Below, piece by piece: positions 27,001 through 41,400 of a stretch of 64,000 nt of DNA; position 1 is the stretch's first letter, and every line of letters starts with the position of its first letter. The DNA lies in NCBI GenBank assembly GCA_028534125.1, contig CM052818.1:29390001-29454000 (forward strand), written 5' to 3'. A program made the translations under genes and the position numbers. Origin of the DNA: Lama glama (lineage: Eukaryota). The notes beneath the pieces were generated by a model. That model ran no database searches, had not been told where the DNA came from, and saw nothing but the letters and a program-made list of their open reading frames with translations.

Positions 27001-29950
27001 GTCTGTTGATAGACTTTGCCCATCACATCTGAGTATCTGTATTTACTTCTGGTGATCTGATTCTGCAAGAGTTAACACAAATGTCAGTTTGCACAGGGAC
27101 CCTACACCACTGCTCTGCCCCACTCTGCTCACAGCATCATTGTGACTGTCATGGCATTTAGCACCTAAAGCTGGTTTGCCCCTGTTGCCTCCCTGGTGGA
27201 TGATTGTCGTGTGTCTGACTTATCTCTGAGAATGACATCGCAGCCTCTTCAGAAGAAAGGACTATGGGACTATGACAGTGATAGCCTTATTATTTTATGT
27301 GTGGACCTCTTCTCTGATTACACATTCACTTGTAAAGGTCAGGAGTCATAAGCTAAAGCATAAAAACTCTGAGGGGGGACTTGTAGAATCTCAAAAAAAC
27401 TACTTAATTTCTCTGTGTATGTGAGTGTGTGTGTTCTGTCATTCTCCACCTTTAGATTATGTACTGTAATGACTTTCCGTGTTCCAGAAAGGGATAACTG
27501 AAGGTGGTCATGGTAACACTGGCAGATCCCTTTGTAGTACCATCATATTCTGTCTCTTTTAGAACATTACCTCAGGATGTAATGAGGTATCATTTTACTC
27601 ATTAAATACTAAATTTTACATGTAGACATGGATATGATTTGTTTCCTCATAATAAAACAACTGACCGTGTACAGTCTATATTCTGTTCTTATATGACATT
27701 GAAATGACATTTCTTTTTAAGAACTCTGGACACTTGTGCTTGTCACAGGTGATACCACGGTATCTTCAAGCTCAGGGAGCATCTACTTTTTGGGAAGTGA
27801 AGTACAGCTGCAGCCGACCCTCGAACAACGTGGGGGTAGGGGTACAACCACCAACAGTCAAAAACTCATGTATGACTAGGCAGTCAGTCCTCAGTATCTG
27901 AAGTTTCACACCTAAGGATTCAACCAACCATGGATCATGTAGCAGTCTAGTAAGTATTTACTGAAAAAAATCTGCATGTAGATGGACCAACACAGTTCAA
28001 ACCTGTGTTGTTCAAGGGTCAACTGTAATTCTGTATAAAGTTCAATGAAAAAAAAATTTTTTTAAGTCTAAGGTCAACCCTAGAGGGGTCCAAAGTCCTC
28101 ACTATTACCTGTAGAAGAGGGCATATTTCACAAACTTAACCCTTGACTATAAGGGGATACTCCTTATTCAGTCTAACTGGAAAATCTTCTTTAGTGATTT
28201 CTTTTTTAAAAGAAAATTTTAAAAAGCTCAATGCACACAAAAACTAGGTCATTAATATTTCACAGCATAGCATCAGGTTGATACAATGACCTGGTAGCTG
28301 AAATTTTATTATGTAAAACTTTCAAATAATTTTAATAGAATTGATTTTCTGCAAGAATTACACAGAGAGTAATCATTTTTCTTCCCAACACTAAGGCCCA
28401 GCTACTAATATCGTATTTTTCAAATTTAACCTTTTCCTCTCCTGGTTTATTCACTTTACTGACTTCAGTGGAGGTCTCCTGCTTTCTAGCACCATAAAGA
28501 AATCATCTAGGGAGTTTCTCAAAAACAAACTCACTTTATTGAGCACATAGCTTTTCAGGCTGGGTGCCTTGAACTGAAATCACAGTAGTTCACGATGCCA
28601 CACTCCTACCTTCACACTGGTCTTTCGCTGCTGACAGCTGGTACCCCTGCCCACAGGTACACCTGAAGGAGCCCTCGGTGTTTCTGCACTGCCCATTCAT
28701 GCACAGACTCCCTTGCTGACATTCATCAATATCTGTGAACACAAACAATGCAACTGTTTAACATGAGGTCTTATATCTAAATACCCCTTTAGCTAAAATT
28801 TGAGACCATAAACCAAGCTACTGCCCTCAAAGCCTTCGTTTCCAGGCTGGTCTTTTAAGGCAGGACCCACAACAACAGCAAATTTTCAATGAACAGAGAA
28901 AAAGGTACTACCCAAGAGAATGCACTGCTCCTTACAACGAATTCTGAGGTTATTATTACAAAAATAATAGTACTCCTCCTATATGGGGCCCTATACATTT
29001 TAGTTTGAATCAGCCCACCAATGTCCCTCATATCGACCTCAGTATGAACTGGAGAACAGAATTACAAACAGATGATAAAGTTATGAGCAAGTAAAAGCCA
29101 CTTTTAATACAACATCAAGCCCTTTGCTCTTTCTTTCTCCCTCTCATAATTTGAATACAGCAGAAACACAATGTGAAATATTTTCAAGTTGAAAACAGAA
29201 GATCTCAGGCATAAAATAACGGCCATGAGGCAGTCTGCAGACCTGTAGAGTTTTATGGAACGAGGCAGAACTAAAACTCTGCTGAGAACTTTAAATGCAA
29301 AGCCACAATGGAAGCAGTTATGGAAGGAAGTAGACATTTCTACTGTATTCAGAAGCTGGAAAAGTACAAGGTCAATCAGTTCTGTTAAAGGACACAGAGC
29401 TCATTTTCAAATTAACAAGGAAAACCAAGAGAAATGATATATTTTGATGGCAACTGCTGGAATGTCAATGGAGAAAATAATGAGTGAGGATTCGCCCTGA
29501 ATAAACATAAAGCTATTGATGGAGAAAAGGTAATTCTGAGTGTTCTAGTCATGGATGTGAATTTACACGAGTGAAGGAAAGACTGGCCTCATCAGTAACT
29601 TGAACACTTGTGGTAGAAGCGGTGCTCAGTTTCTAAAAGCTTTTGTTTGGCCTGTAGGTTGATCTGATCTAATTGGATAATCCTATCTTGCCTGGTCGGT
29701 GCAGACACAGCCTCAGAACGTTCTGCTGAATCGCTGGTCAGTTTGTATGAGTTTATGACCATCAAAATATGACAGGACTGAGCTTCACCACGCATCCTAC
29801 AGGTCTGTTGTGAGGGTTAGTGGTGAGAAGGGATGAAAACACACAAGCCCTACACTCAGAGAGAAAGGGGCCCTCATCTAAAAAGAGGAGAATTTGTTTT
29901 AAGGAAACCATGCCCTAAAGATCAATGTCTATTGTTTCCTTCTAAAAATA

Positions 29951-29987
<37 letters not shown>

Positions 29988-32440
29988 GTGAAAGGGTTAG
30001 GTAGGCAGGTTGGTTGGTCTGTTTGCTTATTTATTTAAATGGTGGTGCTGGGGATTGAACCCAGGACCTCATGCATTCCAGGCATGACTCTACCACTGAG
30101 CTCTACTTTCCCTGCCAAAATAGCCCATTATTTTAAATGCATCTAAAATGCAAACAACCTCACAGTCTTTCCCCTCAAGTATTACTGATAATTATCTGTT
30201 CCTTGAGCAAAGCTGCATTTCTTAACCTCTAACGAGGCATTAACCTTTCAAAGTTTATCCTGACAGAAGCCAAGTGTCAGGTTATCCCATGTTTCTGAAA
30301 AAGCTCACACTAATTGTTAATGTAACTGGAGTTCAGGAATTTGTTTTTTCTTTCTTATAGAAATGACTGTAGTTTACTAGAAACTTCTGTTTCCCTTACT
30401 GTGAAACTGATCCCTTTTATTTATATAATGGTCCTAGCTGCCAAATACTGACTGTCAATAGAGAAATTAAATAAGAATTTTGTCTTAATTATTTTATACC
30501 TTTCCAAAGCCCTTAACCTACTAGCTTTCAGAGAAGTCGAAAGCAAGAACAGCCTACACCATGCTTGCTTTCAACACATCCTATAAAATACTTGAGACGT
30601 CAGTTCAAAACTTAAGACCAACAATAGCTCATGTAGCTGGTTGGATCCCACGTAGTGTCTGACAACATCTTTAGTGCTTTGGCCTCTTTCTGACTTTCTC
30701 AAAGATGACAAATTAAGCATTCCCATGTGAAGATGTCTGCAGCGAGAATATACCTTCCATTCCAAGTACTGTCAGGAAACGCCAGACGTCTTACATAAGT
30801 TACTCATTTATGCTGGGAAGACTGTCAGAAGTAATTCATTATAAGTTATGGTACACACATTTAGAATAACTTGAAGCAACTCCGTTATCTTGAATATGGT
30901 GATCTTTGGGTCTTTAAAATGACCAAGAGGATCAGAGGCAGCATAATTCTACACACAAGAAAATGCATTTTTCTTTTCTGATGAGGGATAAAATTTCTAT
31001 GACAAAAGAATGCTTTCTAATAAAATAAGCATGCAGGACAAATGTCTTCTCTCTTTTGTGCCAAGAGATGAATAGAAAACATTATTCTTCACAAAAGATA
31101 TTTCTTTAAGGGACTTTTTGCACATATTGCTATGACAAGTCCTGCTCAGAGTTAAAATAGACACAATATCTTGGTATTTATAAATTTAGGGCATACAGCA
31201 TTAAAACGTGCAAAGAAATACAAAGGCACAAGTACAAAAAGATATAAACAAGTAATGAATGAATACATTAGATAATGTATTTACAACGCAGAAAAGCTGT
31301 CAGTAGGTTTAGTGAGGTGAAGACACAGTCAACATTCAGTACTATCAACAGGGGGAAATTGGCAGAGTTGCTGGAATGTTGGGAAAGGAACAGATTTATG
31401 ATCTAGGTGGAACTTGACATCTGTGAGCTGATGTCGTTCGGGAAAGATTTTGAAATAATTAAAGAATAAGGATGTTACACAATTTACAACTGTAAAAAGG
31501 AAGGGCTCTGGTTGGGAGTAAAGAAAACAACGAGTGCATATGCAGGTTTCTCAGGCGGAGGACGGGATCTCGCCTGATCCTACCCCAGACTGCAGTGCAA
31601 AGACACCAGGAGAGAAGCAGAGTAGAAGGCAAGGTTCAATGCCGAGTGGAGGTAACAGCCCTTTCCCTGCCTCCAAGTTTGATACCTCCTGTTTCCTCTG
31701 TCTGCTAAATAAGTTCCTCTCCCCTCTGCATTCAGTATTTTAAAACCAAGCGTGAACAGCAACACTTCTGTGAAGCCTTTCCAGAAGCATACAAGCAGAT
31801 TTAGTCCCACACTTCTTGACTTCAAAGGAACTTTGCCTATTATTTGGCGAATTAACAACATCAGCCACAAGCTGTCACGCTGGGCCCCTGCCTTACTTCA
31901 TTCTCCACGTATTATCTCTGCCTTTCTCTGATGGCTCGTTATCCTGTATCATCTCATGCAATCCTCACATAAACCCTAGCAGGTACCTTTATTGTTACCC
32001 TTTAGCAGATAAGCAAGTACAGTTTAGTGAAATGAAGTAACTTATCCAAGCTCACACCGCTTCTGAGTGTCTGAGCTAGAATCTGATATAATGCTTCATT
32101 TTTTCAAAGCTAAACCCCAGATTTACTTGGATTTCACCAGTTTTTCCATTCAGATCCTCTTCTGTCCCAGGATCCAACCCAGGGGACCACACTGTATTCA
32201 GTCTTCAGGTGTCTTGTCTCCCCAGTCAGCCTTTCCTTGTTTTTTACAACCTGCATTGTCTCAAGGATATGGCCAGAATTGTCTATAATGTCCCTAATTT
32301 GGACTTTGATGTTTTTCTTTTGTATTTCCATATTTTATGTTTTAATCTTCCAGAACTACTTGATATTTTAAAAAACTGAAGTACAGTCAGTTACAATATG
32401 TCATTTCTGATGTACAGCATGATGTCCCAGGCATACATAC

Positions 32441-32471
<31 letters not shown>

Positions 32472-35400
32472 ATTACACACACACACATATATATTCATTT
32501 TCATATTCTTTTTCGTTAAAGGTTATTACAAGATATTGAATATAGTTCCCTGGGCTATACAAAAGAAAATTTTTATCTATTTTTATATATAGCAGTTAAT
32601 ATTTGCAAATCTCGAACTCCCACATTTATCCCTCCCCACCCCCTTTCCCCTTGGTAACCATAAGTTTCTTTTCAGTGTCTGTGAGTCTGTTTCTGTTTTG
32701 TAAATAAGTTCATTTGTGTCATTTTCTTAGATTCCACATATACATGATATCATATAATATTTGTCTTTCTCTGACTTACTTCACTTAATGTGATCATCTC
32801 TAGGTCTCTCCGCGTTACTGCAAATAGCATTATTTTATTCTTTAATTCTGCTGAGCAGTATTCCATTGTATAAATACACCACAACTTCTTTATCTGCTGA
32901 TGGACATTTAGGTTGCTCCCATGTCTTGGCTATGGTAAATAGTGCTGCTATGAATATTGGGGTGCATGTATCTTTTCGAATTAAAAGTTCCCTCTGGATG
33001 CATGCCCAGGAGTGGGATTGCTGGATCATAAGGTAGGCCTATTTTTAGTCTTTTGAGGAATCGCCATACTGTTTTCTGTAGTGGCTGCACCAAACTGCAT
33101 TCCCACCAGCAGTGTAGGAGGGCAGAACTACTTCTGAATCGTAGTTTTCTGTCTATGCCTATGTCCATCTTTTCCCCTCCATTTTCAAAAATTGAAGTAT
33201 AGATGATTTACAATTTTGCAAATCAAAACTATAATGAGGTATCGCCTCATATCAGTCAGAATGGCCATCATCAAAAAGCCTCAAATAATAAATACTGGAG
33301 GGGGTGTGGAGAAAAGGGAACCCTCTTACACTGTTGGTGGGGATGTAATTTGGGGCATCCACTGTGGAGAACAGTAATGGAGATTCCTTAAAAAGCTAAA
33401 AGTAGACTTACCCTATGATTCAGCGATCTCACTCATATCCAGAGAAAACGCTAATTTGAAAAGATACACGCACCCCAATGCTCACAGCAGCAACTTTATA
33501 CAATAGCCATGACATGGAAACTAATACAACATTGTTTTTCTCCTGATTAAGACTGGGGTTATGGGTTTTTGGAAAAACTTGCTACATTTTCAATAATGCA
33601 TGTTTTTAATAGCAATTTTATTGAAATCTAATTCACACACCACATAATTCATCTACTTGAAGTGTACAATTCAACAGTTTCTACTGTATTCCCAGAGTTA
33701 TGCAACTGCGTGTATTGCTTTTATATAACTAGAAAAATCAGACTTGTGGCTCATAGATATTCTCTAAAAACACAGTTTCCCTTTATGTAAACAAATATGC
33801 TCTGTGTTTAACCACCATGAGGAATCACTTTCAAAGACACCAACCAAAATGTGTTCTAAGTAGCTGAGTCAAAATAAATGACAGGTAGCATGGTTCCCTT
33901 CTCTAAGGCTCGTTACTCTAACATGCTTTTAAGTACAGTTCAAAATACAAATGGGAAGCTGATCACAGCATTTACCTTTACACTGCTTGTGGTCCGGAGT
34001 CGGGGAATAGCCTTTGTGGCATGAACACATGTAGGAGCCTTCAAGGTTGGAGCAAGTACCATTTGCGCAGATCTTTGGTTCCAGGCATTCATCCACATCT
34101 TGAAAAATGATGCATAATAGAAAGGAGAAAAAAAAAAGACAAAGAGAGAAAAAAAGAAATAAAACATGAATAAAGTTGAATTTGGTTAGAAATGGAAACA
34201 CTGGATCTTCAAAAGAGGGGCAGATTCTTTAAGGTAAGCCTTCAAATTAGCCCTTAGAAGGAAACGGAGCTCTGGTATGAGTTGCATGCATGATGGTTCT
34301 ACAGCTTAACTTACTTTCTGCAAAGTAACTTACAAGAAGAAACCAAACATGGTCTAAGAATAAATTCAATGGGAGGCTTGCTTAGAAGGGAAGGAGGAAG
34401 AGAGGGTAGTTTTAGAGTAACATCCTCTGCAAAATAAGTTATTCCAAAGAATCAAAGACACGCGGAGGTCAGGTTAGGGAATTGATGAATTTCAGCAGAA
34501 TGTGAGGGCTCACTGAGGCAAGAGATAGGACTCACAACCCAGAGAAACCATAGGAAAAGTTGTAACACAAAAGTTAAAAAAAATATGATAAAACGTTCTA
34601 AGATGGCAATGAATTAGCATTAAAAAAAAAAGTCTAAGGGGCAAACATAAGCCTACTGGGTAGTTTGAAGGTGGAGTATAGGCTGAAGGGGCAGATAAAA
34701 AGTAATAGCTAACCTTTATCAAATACTTACTGTATGAAGGCACTGAGGCTCTATATATATTGTCTTGTTTAATGCTAACAAAATCTGTATGCACTAACCT
34801 TTTATAGAGGAAGAAACAGAGATTCAAAGTTCAAAGTCTACTGATAGAAACAGTGAAAGAGACAATCATGACTTTGCCTTTATTATTTGCTAACGCAGGA
34901 GGTATATCAATAATCATCATCTAAGTATTCACTGAGTTCATTCAGTAAACATTCACTAAGCTCCTACTAGAACATTGTTAATTCAGAAAGGAAAATGTGA
35001 GTTCTGTGCCCCATTTGACTGCCCTGGGTACAGGCACTACAGTTGCAGTAAGAAGACATATAATACAGTACAAACAACCAAAAACTTAAAGAGGAAAAAA
35101 TTCAACCACTAAGTGCTAAAAATACACACAGCATCACAATTTAGGCTTAGTTTTACAGCGGTCTATACTTAGAGCACCTTATATATAAGGCAGACAAATA
35201 ATACAGAGGAAAGGCTCTTGACTGCATCCATTCCATTTTGCAATGCTCACCACAAAAGCAACACAGCTTTCCACCTCTTAATATGAACAGGCAGAGAGTC
35301 ATGGGCACATTAACAGAGATCTCGTTTCAGGTCAGCAATCATTCATTTGCACTGCATTTTTTCATGAGAACTAGACTCTATCTTCCTTACAGTGGAATTC

Positions 35401-38400
35401 AGAAATAGAGTATTACCAAAACAAAGCAAAGGGGGATCTTGCGTGTGTGCGCACACGGCGATGTGCCAAATGCATATTGAAAACAGCCAAGTAATTGACA
35501 CAGCCTAGGTGTTCTGCCTCGCTTTCACACAATCCCTAATTATGGCGAAGTGACCCTACTCCATGACAACAAAAACAGCACTTCCAGACGGACTCACTAT
35601 CCGTCCTTTCTTTGGTTGTGGGAGTCCACTTTTGTAAACACTGAAAGCAAACTACTTGAAAGAAGCAGCCAAACACTGGAGCCAAAGTAAACAGCGGGAC
35701 AGAATGAGCCTAGACACTAGGCATGGAAATTCCAGCAGCAATGTGAAAATGTCATGTCTAGAATCTGGTCTGGTTTCAAAAATGTTAACAAGATGAAAAA
35801 AATATATGAATTACTCTCTTTAATTATTCACGCACCAGAGAATGTGATTTATAGGACTGTAGAATGTAACAGCAAAGTAGTTTCTAAGACGATATTTTCC
35901 CTCAGTTAACGTAAATTAACAGACATTGCAGATTACCATTCATGAGATGCTTATAAAACTGCTATTTTGTCAGGCTACTGCCATGATTAACAATGAAGCA
36001 AAATGCCTTGAAGTAACTAGGAGAGCCTGACTGATGTGTTTATTCTTTTCTTCACTTACTGCAGTCATAACTGCATGGAAGCAGAATCCCGTACATAGAA
36101 GTCTGAATTGAATGAGTACGTGGGTTTAATGGCACTTATGTTCTTAAGGAAATAACTACATAGTTATCACTAAAGAATCTCTCTAAGGAATCAAAAGGTA
36201 CACTAAATATCACTAAAGAATCTCTCTAAGGAATCAAAAGGTACAAACTTCCAGTTATAAATTAAGTCAGTCATGGGGATGTACAGCCTGGTGACCATAG
36301 TTAATAACACTGTACTGCATGTTTGAAGGTTGCCAAGAGAGTACAGTTGGCCCTTGAAGAACATGGGTTTGAACAGCATGGGTCCAATCACACACGATGT
36401 TTTTCAATACGACAGTATGACATGATCTGTGGTTGGGAGGAACCGTGGATGCGGAGCCCTGTGGATCCCTGCAGATTTACCTGTGGATTTTCAACTGCAG
36501 AGGGTTGGTGCCCCTAATGCCTCCGTTGTTCAAGGGTCAACTGTAGATCTTAAAAGTCCTCATCACAAGAAAAAAAATTTTTTTTGAACTATATATGGTG
36601 ATGGATGTTAACTAGTGTAACATAATAATGATAACTTAATATAATGATCATTCTGCAATGCATAGAAATACCAAATCATTTTGCACACCTAAAATATCAT
36701 GCTGTATCTCAATTATACCTCAATTAAAAAAAATCTCTATTCAGAAGGAAGGTGTCTAGAGGGGGGCCTCACTTGATAGATGTAAAAGGAATGAAATAAA
36801 CTCAGTGATGTATCATTAGCCAGACCTCTCTCCTTAACTGCTGATCCCCACACCTAGCTGGTTGGTTAGTCTACAGGGGCAGCTCTCTCCTTCACGTCCC
36901 ACAGGCACCTCTGACTCTTTATGGGCAAAAGTGATCTTCTGCCTTCTCTTTATGCTGCCTCCCCTATCAATATATGGTACCGCTACCCACTCAAATGCCC
37001 AAGTGAGAAGCTTGGGAGTCATCCGTCCAGATTCCTTCTTCTCCCTCTTTCCCCACATTCAATGTATTACCAAGTTACGTCAATTCTACTTCTCAAAAAT
37101 CTCTCAAATACCCACAAGTTTACTTCATTCCTACTACTACCATTCCCTCTCAAATAGGTTCCTGACAATCTTTTCATTTGATTCTCTACTGAACACCTTG
37201 CCCCATCTAATCCATTATCCAGCTTGCAGCCAGAGCCATCTTTCAAAATACAAATCTGATCAATGGTGTTGCTCCTCTACTTTAAAAGCTTCCAGTGGTT
37301 TCCACAGGTCTTCAATTTAGTCAAGGACACGAACTTGTGGGGCCTTGAGTGCCAATGACAGAAGGTCAGGCCACCATCGTCCTTCCTTCTAACCCTTGGG
37401 AGGATCAATGCCACAGGAAACAAGGTGATCTCTACCCACCCTATGTGGCATCCATAACCTGCAGCCCCTGACCCCTGCAGCAGAGGCAGATGGTTGTGTC
37501 TTTTTCTATACTGGAGCTCAAAACTCATGCTAGGATTACAGTCTTACAGAAGAGTCATACTACCCAAATTCTTATATACCTATACATAAGTTCAAAAGAG
37601 AAACTGTCCATAGAAAAATGGGTTATAATTTTTAAAAAAATTATCAATGTGCTTTGGAGACATAATTTGGCATTTGCTATTCAATGAATTAATGAAACCC
37701 CCCACAATAAGGAAGTTTCCAGGAGTTTACTAGGTCGGCACTTCGTGGATATCACTGTTCACAAGTTCACGGAATCCACTTCACAATACTATCGCCCAGT
37801 CCAAAGTGATCCTTCTCATAATGCCTTCAGAGACTCTCACAAATGCCTTGCTGAAAACTGGATATGCCACGCCTACAGGGTTTCCTGTTCTACTCTAATA
37901 ACCCTACCAGAAGAGGCAGGCAGGACAGTCCAGCATAACTTGTCCTTAATGAACCCTGGCTAATTTGACCTACACATCCTTAAAAAAAAAAAAAAAGTTT
38001 CACCTCATCATCTGAATCCTGCAGTCTACAGTTCTTTGTCAAGATCAACATGAAGTTCAATGATCGTTAGTTCCTGAACTCCACCTTTTTTCCTCTTTTA
38101 GGGGAAATGAGGACATTAATCTCTCTCCAACTCCCTGGCAACTTTCCATTCTTCACAATTTCACAAAGATGAATCCCAGCTGGCCAGCAATCCCACCTGT
38201 AAATTCTCTCATTGCCTTGGGATGTAATTCATCTGGGTCAGGAACCCTTCTGAAATTTTCCTTCCTAATATCCTGGGAACACAGCACGCTGCCTGAAGCC
38301 TCTCCCTCGTGGGCATGACCCCTAAGGTTGTAAGGGTTACCAGGGCTGCCCTCTTACCCTGCACCTATGGGCTCCTTGGGGTTGGTCAGAATTGAGTTCA

Positions 38401-41400
38401 GAACAAGAGTTTACTTCCTTTACGTCCAAGGAGATGAATCTGTCAGCAGGGTGAAACAGTCATTTTTCTGAGGTCATTCAGCCTCATGTAATTCCTTAGC
38501 GACCAACAGACTTCAGTGCGTGAGCATCATTTGATACGGGAAGAAGACATCTTATTTGATCACTATAGCTACATGAAAATACAGGATTACTCTCCACCCA
38601 AACATTGCTTCAATTATCCCTCAACTATTCTTTATATATAGTCTTTACACTAAAGATGACAGGAGAACATATTTGACAGAAAAGCACACGTGGTCAAATG
38701 AGAGACAGATGCGGGCTGGGCCAGTACAAAGAACTGCCTTGCCTGCAACTGAAGTATAGTGAGTCCTCAAGACCTCACGCTCTTCTGCCAATTCTGACCA
38801 AGTTAAAAATCTGCAGTAGCACAGCTGCCTACAAAAATATGTTGTACATTCCTCAAAGACTCATCACTGCTTTTCAGAATTGGAAAAGAGCCAATGTTAC
38901 GTATATCCCAGATAAAGATTCAAAGATGATCTCAGAAAGTCAGTCCGCTAATCCCACCTAGTCACCAGCTTCCTATCTTACCTTTCCAAAAGAACACTTC
39001 ATCTTTCATCAACACTCACCTGGGGCTCTGAGTGCAAGCCCGTCATCTTCGACTCTAGAATCCCTGAGGCATAAACATTGCCGCTTGCAAGGGACGAATG
39101 ACTCCAACCCACATGGATATCTCCTTTCTATGGACTTTTATTTTCCTTATTATCTTAATTACATTGGTTTGCTTATTTTCTTCAGTGTACATGAGAGATA
39201 CGAGATATTATATAAAACAAAATACAATACTACCTTTGAAGCTTTAAGACCTGGGAACGTGTCCCATCTCTCCCATTTACTACCTGCCTATGAGCATGAG
39301 TGAGCCCATTAATCTATTTGGGAATCAAATTCTATGTCTGTACTAAAGGGATGATTGTAAACTATACAAAGAGAAGTTGTAGTTTATTACAGTAACTAGT
39401 CTCCCCACACAGGCATATTTCCTGCCTTCAAAAGTAGTTTTTTTGTTTTTGTTTTTCTGTTGAGATATAATTGACATTATAACATTGTGTAAGTTAAGCA
39501 ACAAGGATACACTGCACAGCACAGGGAAATACAGCCATTACTTTATAATAACTTTAAATGGAGAATATGCTATACTATTGCTACATAGTATGGTAAATCA
39601 AGTAGACTTTAATAAAAATAACATCGTGTAAGGTTAAGGGATGATTTGATACACATATTGCAAAATGATTAACTGCAGCATTAGCTAGCATCTCTATCAG
39701 GTCACACAACTATCATTTCTTTTATGGTGAGAACAATTAAGATCTAGTCTCAGCAACTTTGAGGTTTATAATACAGTATTATGGACTATAATCATTAAGC
39801 TGTACATTACATCTCCAGGGCTTACCTACTAGTTTCAAGTCTGTAACCTTCAATACCATCTCCCCAGTACTCCATGCCCCATGCCCCTATATTCACCATT
39901 CTACCCTGTTTTGTTTTGCTTCTTTACAACTTCAAATCTTCTCTGGCATCTAGCAGAAACACACGTAGGCAAGTGCTCAATAATTACTTATTGACTGACT
40001 AGAAGATTCCTTTAGCACATAACATTTTAGGGATAAGGCTGATGTTTGCACACTTTATAGTATGTTTGCAAAAGGCAGACCTTGAGCTAAGTTGCCATCT
40101 TATATAAGAAGAATAAATGCAGGATGAAAGTCTTGTTTTACGTTAAGTCTAGGAATATTCATATATCCCATAAAGGTTAACAATGGATCTTAAAATCTCA
40201 AAAGAAATCCTAGGGTGAAAAGAACTCTTAGAACTAGATGCTCTCCATGTTTATTCTGCAAGTTTTCTGCGCCTGGCTTTGGCTAAGGCTGTGGCTGACC
40301 AGTTGTCAAGTGGATTGAGTGGCACTAAGTTCTTCCAGTGCCAAAGACCTACTACAGTTAGAAAACCCAAATGGGAGTCACAAAGTCATCATAAACTGAA
40401 ACCCGGGCTGACAAAGAGGCCCGTACTACTTCGATTAAAATCTCGGAAATTTGTGCTCTGGGTCACACGGTCTGTCACAGACTCAACTGTAAAGCGAGGC
40501 AATAAACTCAAAGAAGGCTAACTGCACACATCTGTCAGGTGACAGATACTGTGTCTTGCCAAGGAGAACACAGACAATGAAGTAAAGAATGGGGACGGCA
40601 GTCCCGTGGAGCTGAAACATGTGCTAGGAGTCATCAGTGATCCTGCAGAGAACTACGACTCTCAAGAAGTATATGCCAGTAAAACAGAAACAGTCAGAAG
40701 CTGGAAAGAAACTATAAGGTTAAGATTACTTAAATTCATAAAAGAAAGCTCCTCTGACGAAAGAAAAATTAAAAACTATATGAGATGAGCTCAAAGAAAG
40801 CCAAAGAGAAGGTAGTTATCCACAGAAACTTGACAAGTAACTTACTTTAAGAAGTATCAGTTACTACTGCGTTTCTTCCATTTCAGCACAAGGGAAATAA
40901 AACGGAGGTATGAGGGATGGGGGAAGGAGGACTGTAACATTTCTTGGGTCCTTGCAAAGTGCTTGACATCACATTTAATTCTGACAATAAACCCTATGAA
41001 GAAAGTATTTTGATCCCCATTTTACAGATCCTGAAACTAAGCTTCAGGGAGCTCACAGAGCTGACATTCTGCCTAAATTCAGGGAAATACAATCTTCATA
41101 TCAGAGTTACTGAATGTACTTTAAAGCAATTACATATTAGAGGATTTTATTTGGGGGATGGTTCCAGTCAGGTTTGAATCAGGCTGATTCAAGTTCTTTG
41201 TGAGTCAAGTGAAGCCTGTAAATTGAGGACCTGACATGCTGACTTCCTTCAAGAAAGGTTCTGGTTGAAAGCAGGCAGTTGGAACTGGCCAGAACCCAGG
41301 GTGATGAAATAGTCCTCAGAGGTGGGGACCGCGTGGGCAGCAGCTCCAGGCTGAATGTGAGGTCCAAGGAATACAGTGTTGAATGATGAAAGTGGCTCTC

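Larger units (their letters stand above)
32120..33572 (-). mobile_element. Old L1MC-like 3' UTR split by nested insertions (host pieces about 32120..32318 and 33533..33572)
   Basis: 'aatgtccctaatttggactttgatgtttttct' resumes as 'tgtttttctcctgattaagactggggttatg' after a 1.2-kb insert. Confidence 0.7.

Noticed and set aside
32835..33391. ORFs with LLHCWW and IAALFTIAK motifs
   Set aside because: L1 ORF2 fragments from the nested insertions.
36862..37320. 152-aa ORF
   Set aside because: Overlies a degenerate L2, has no recognisable domain and is antisense within an intron.
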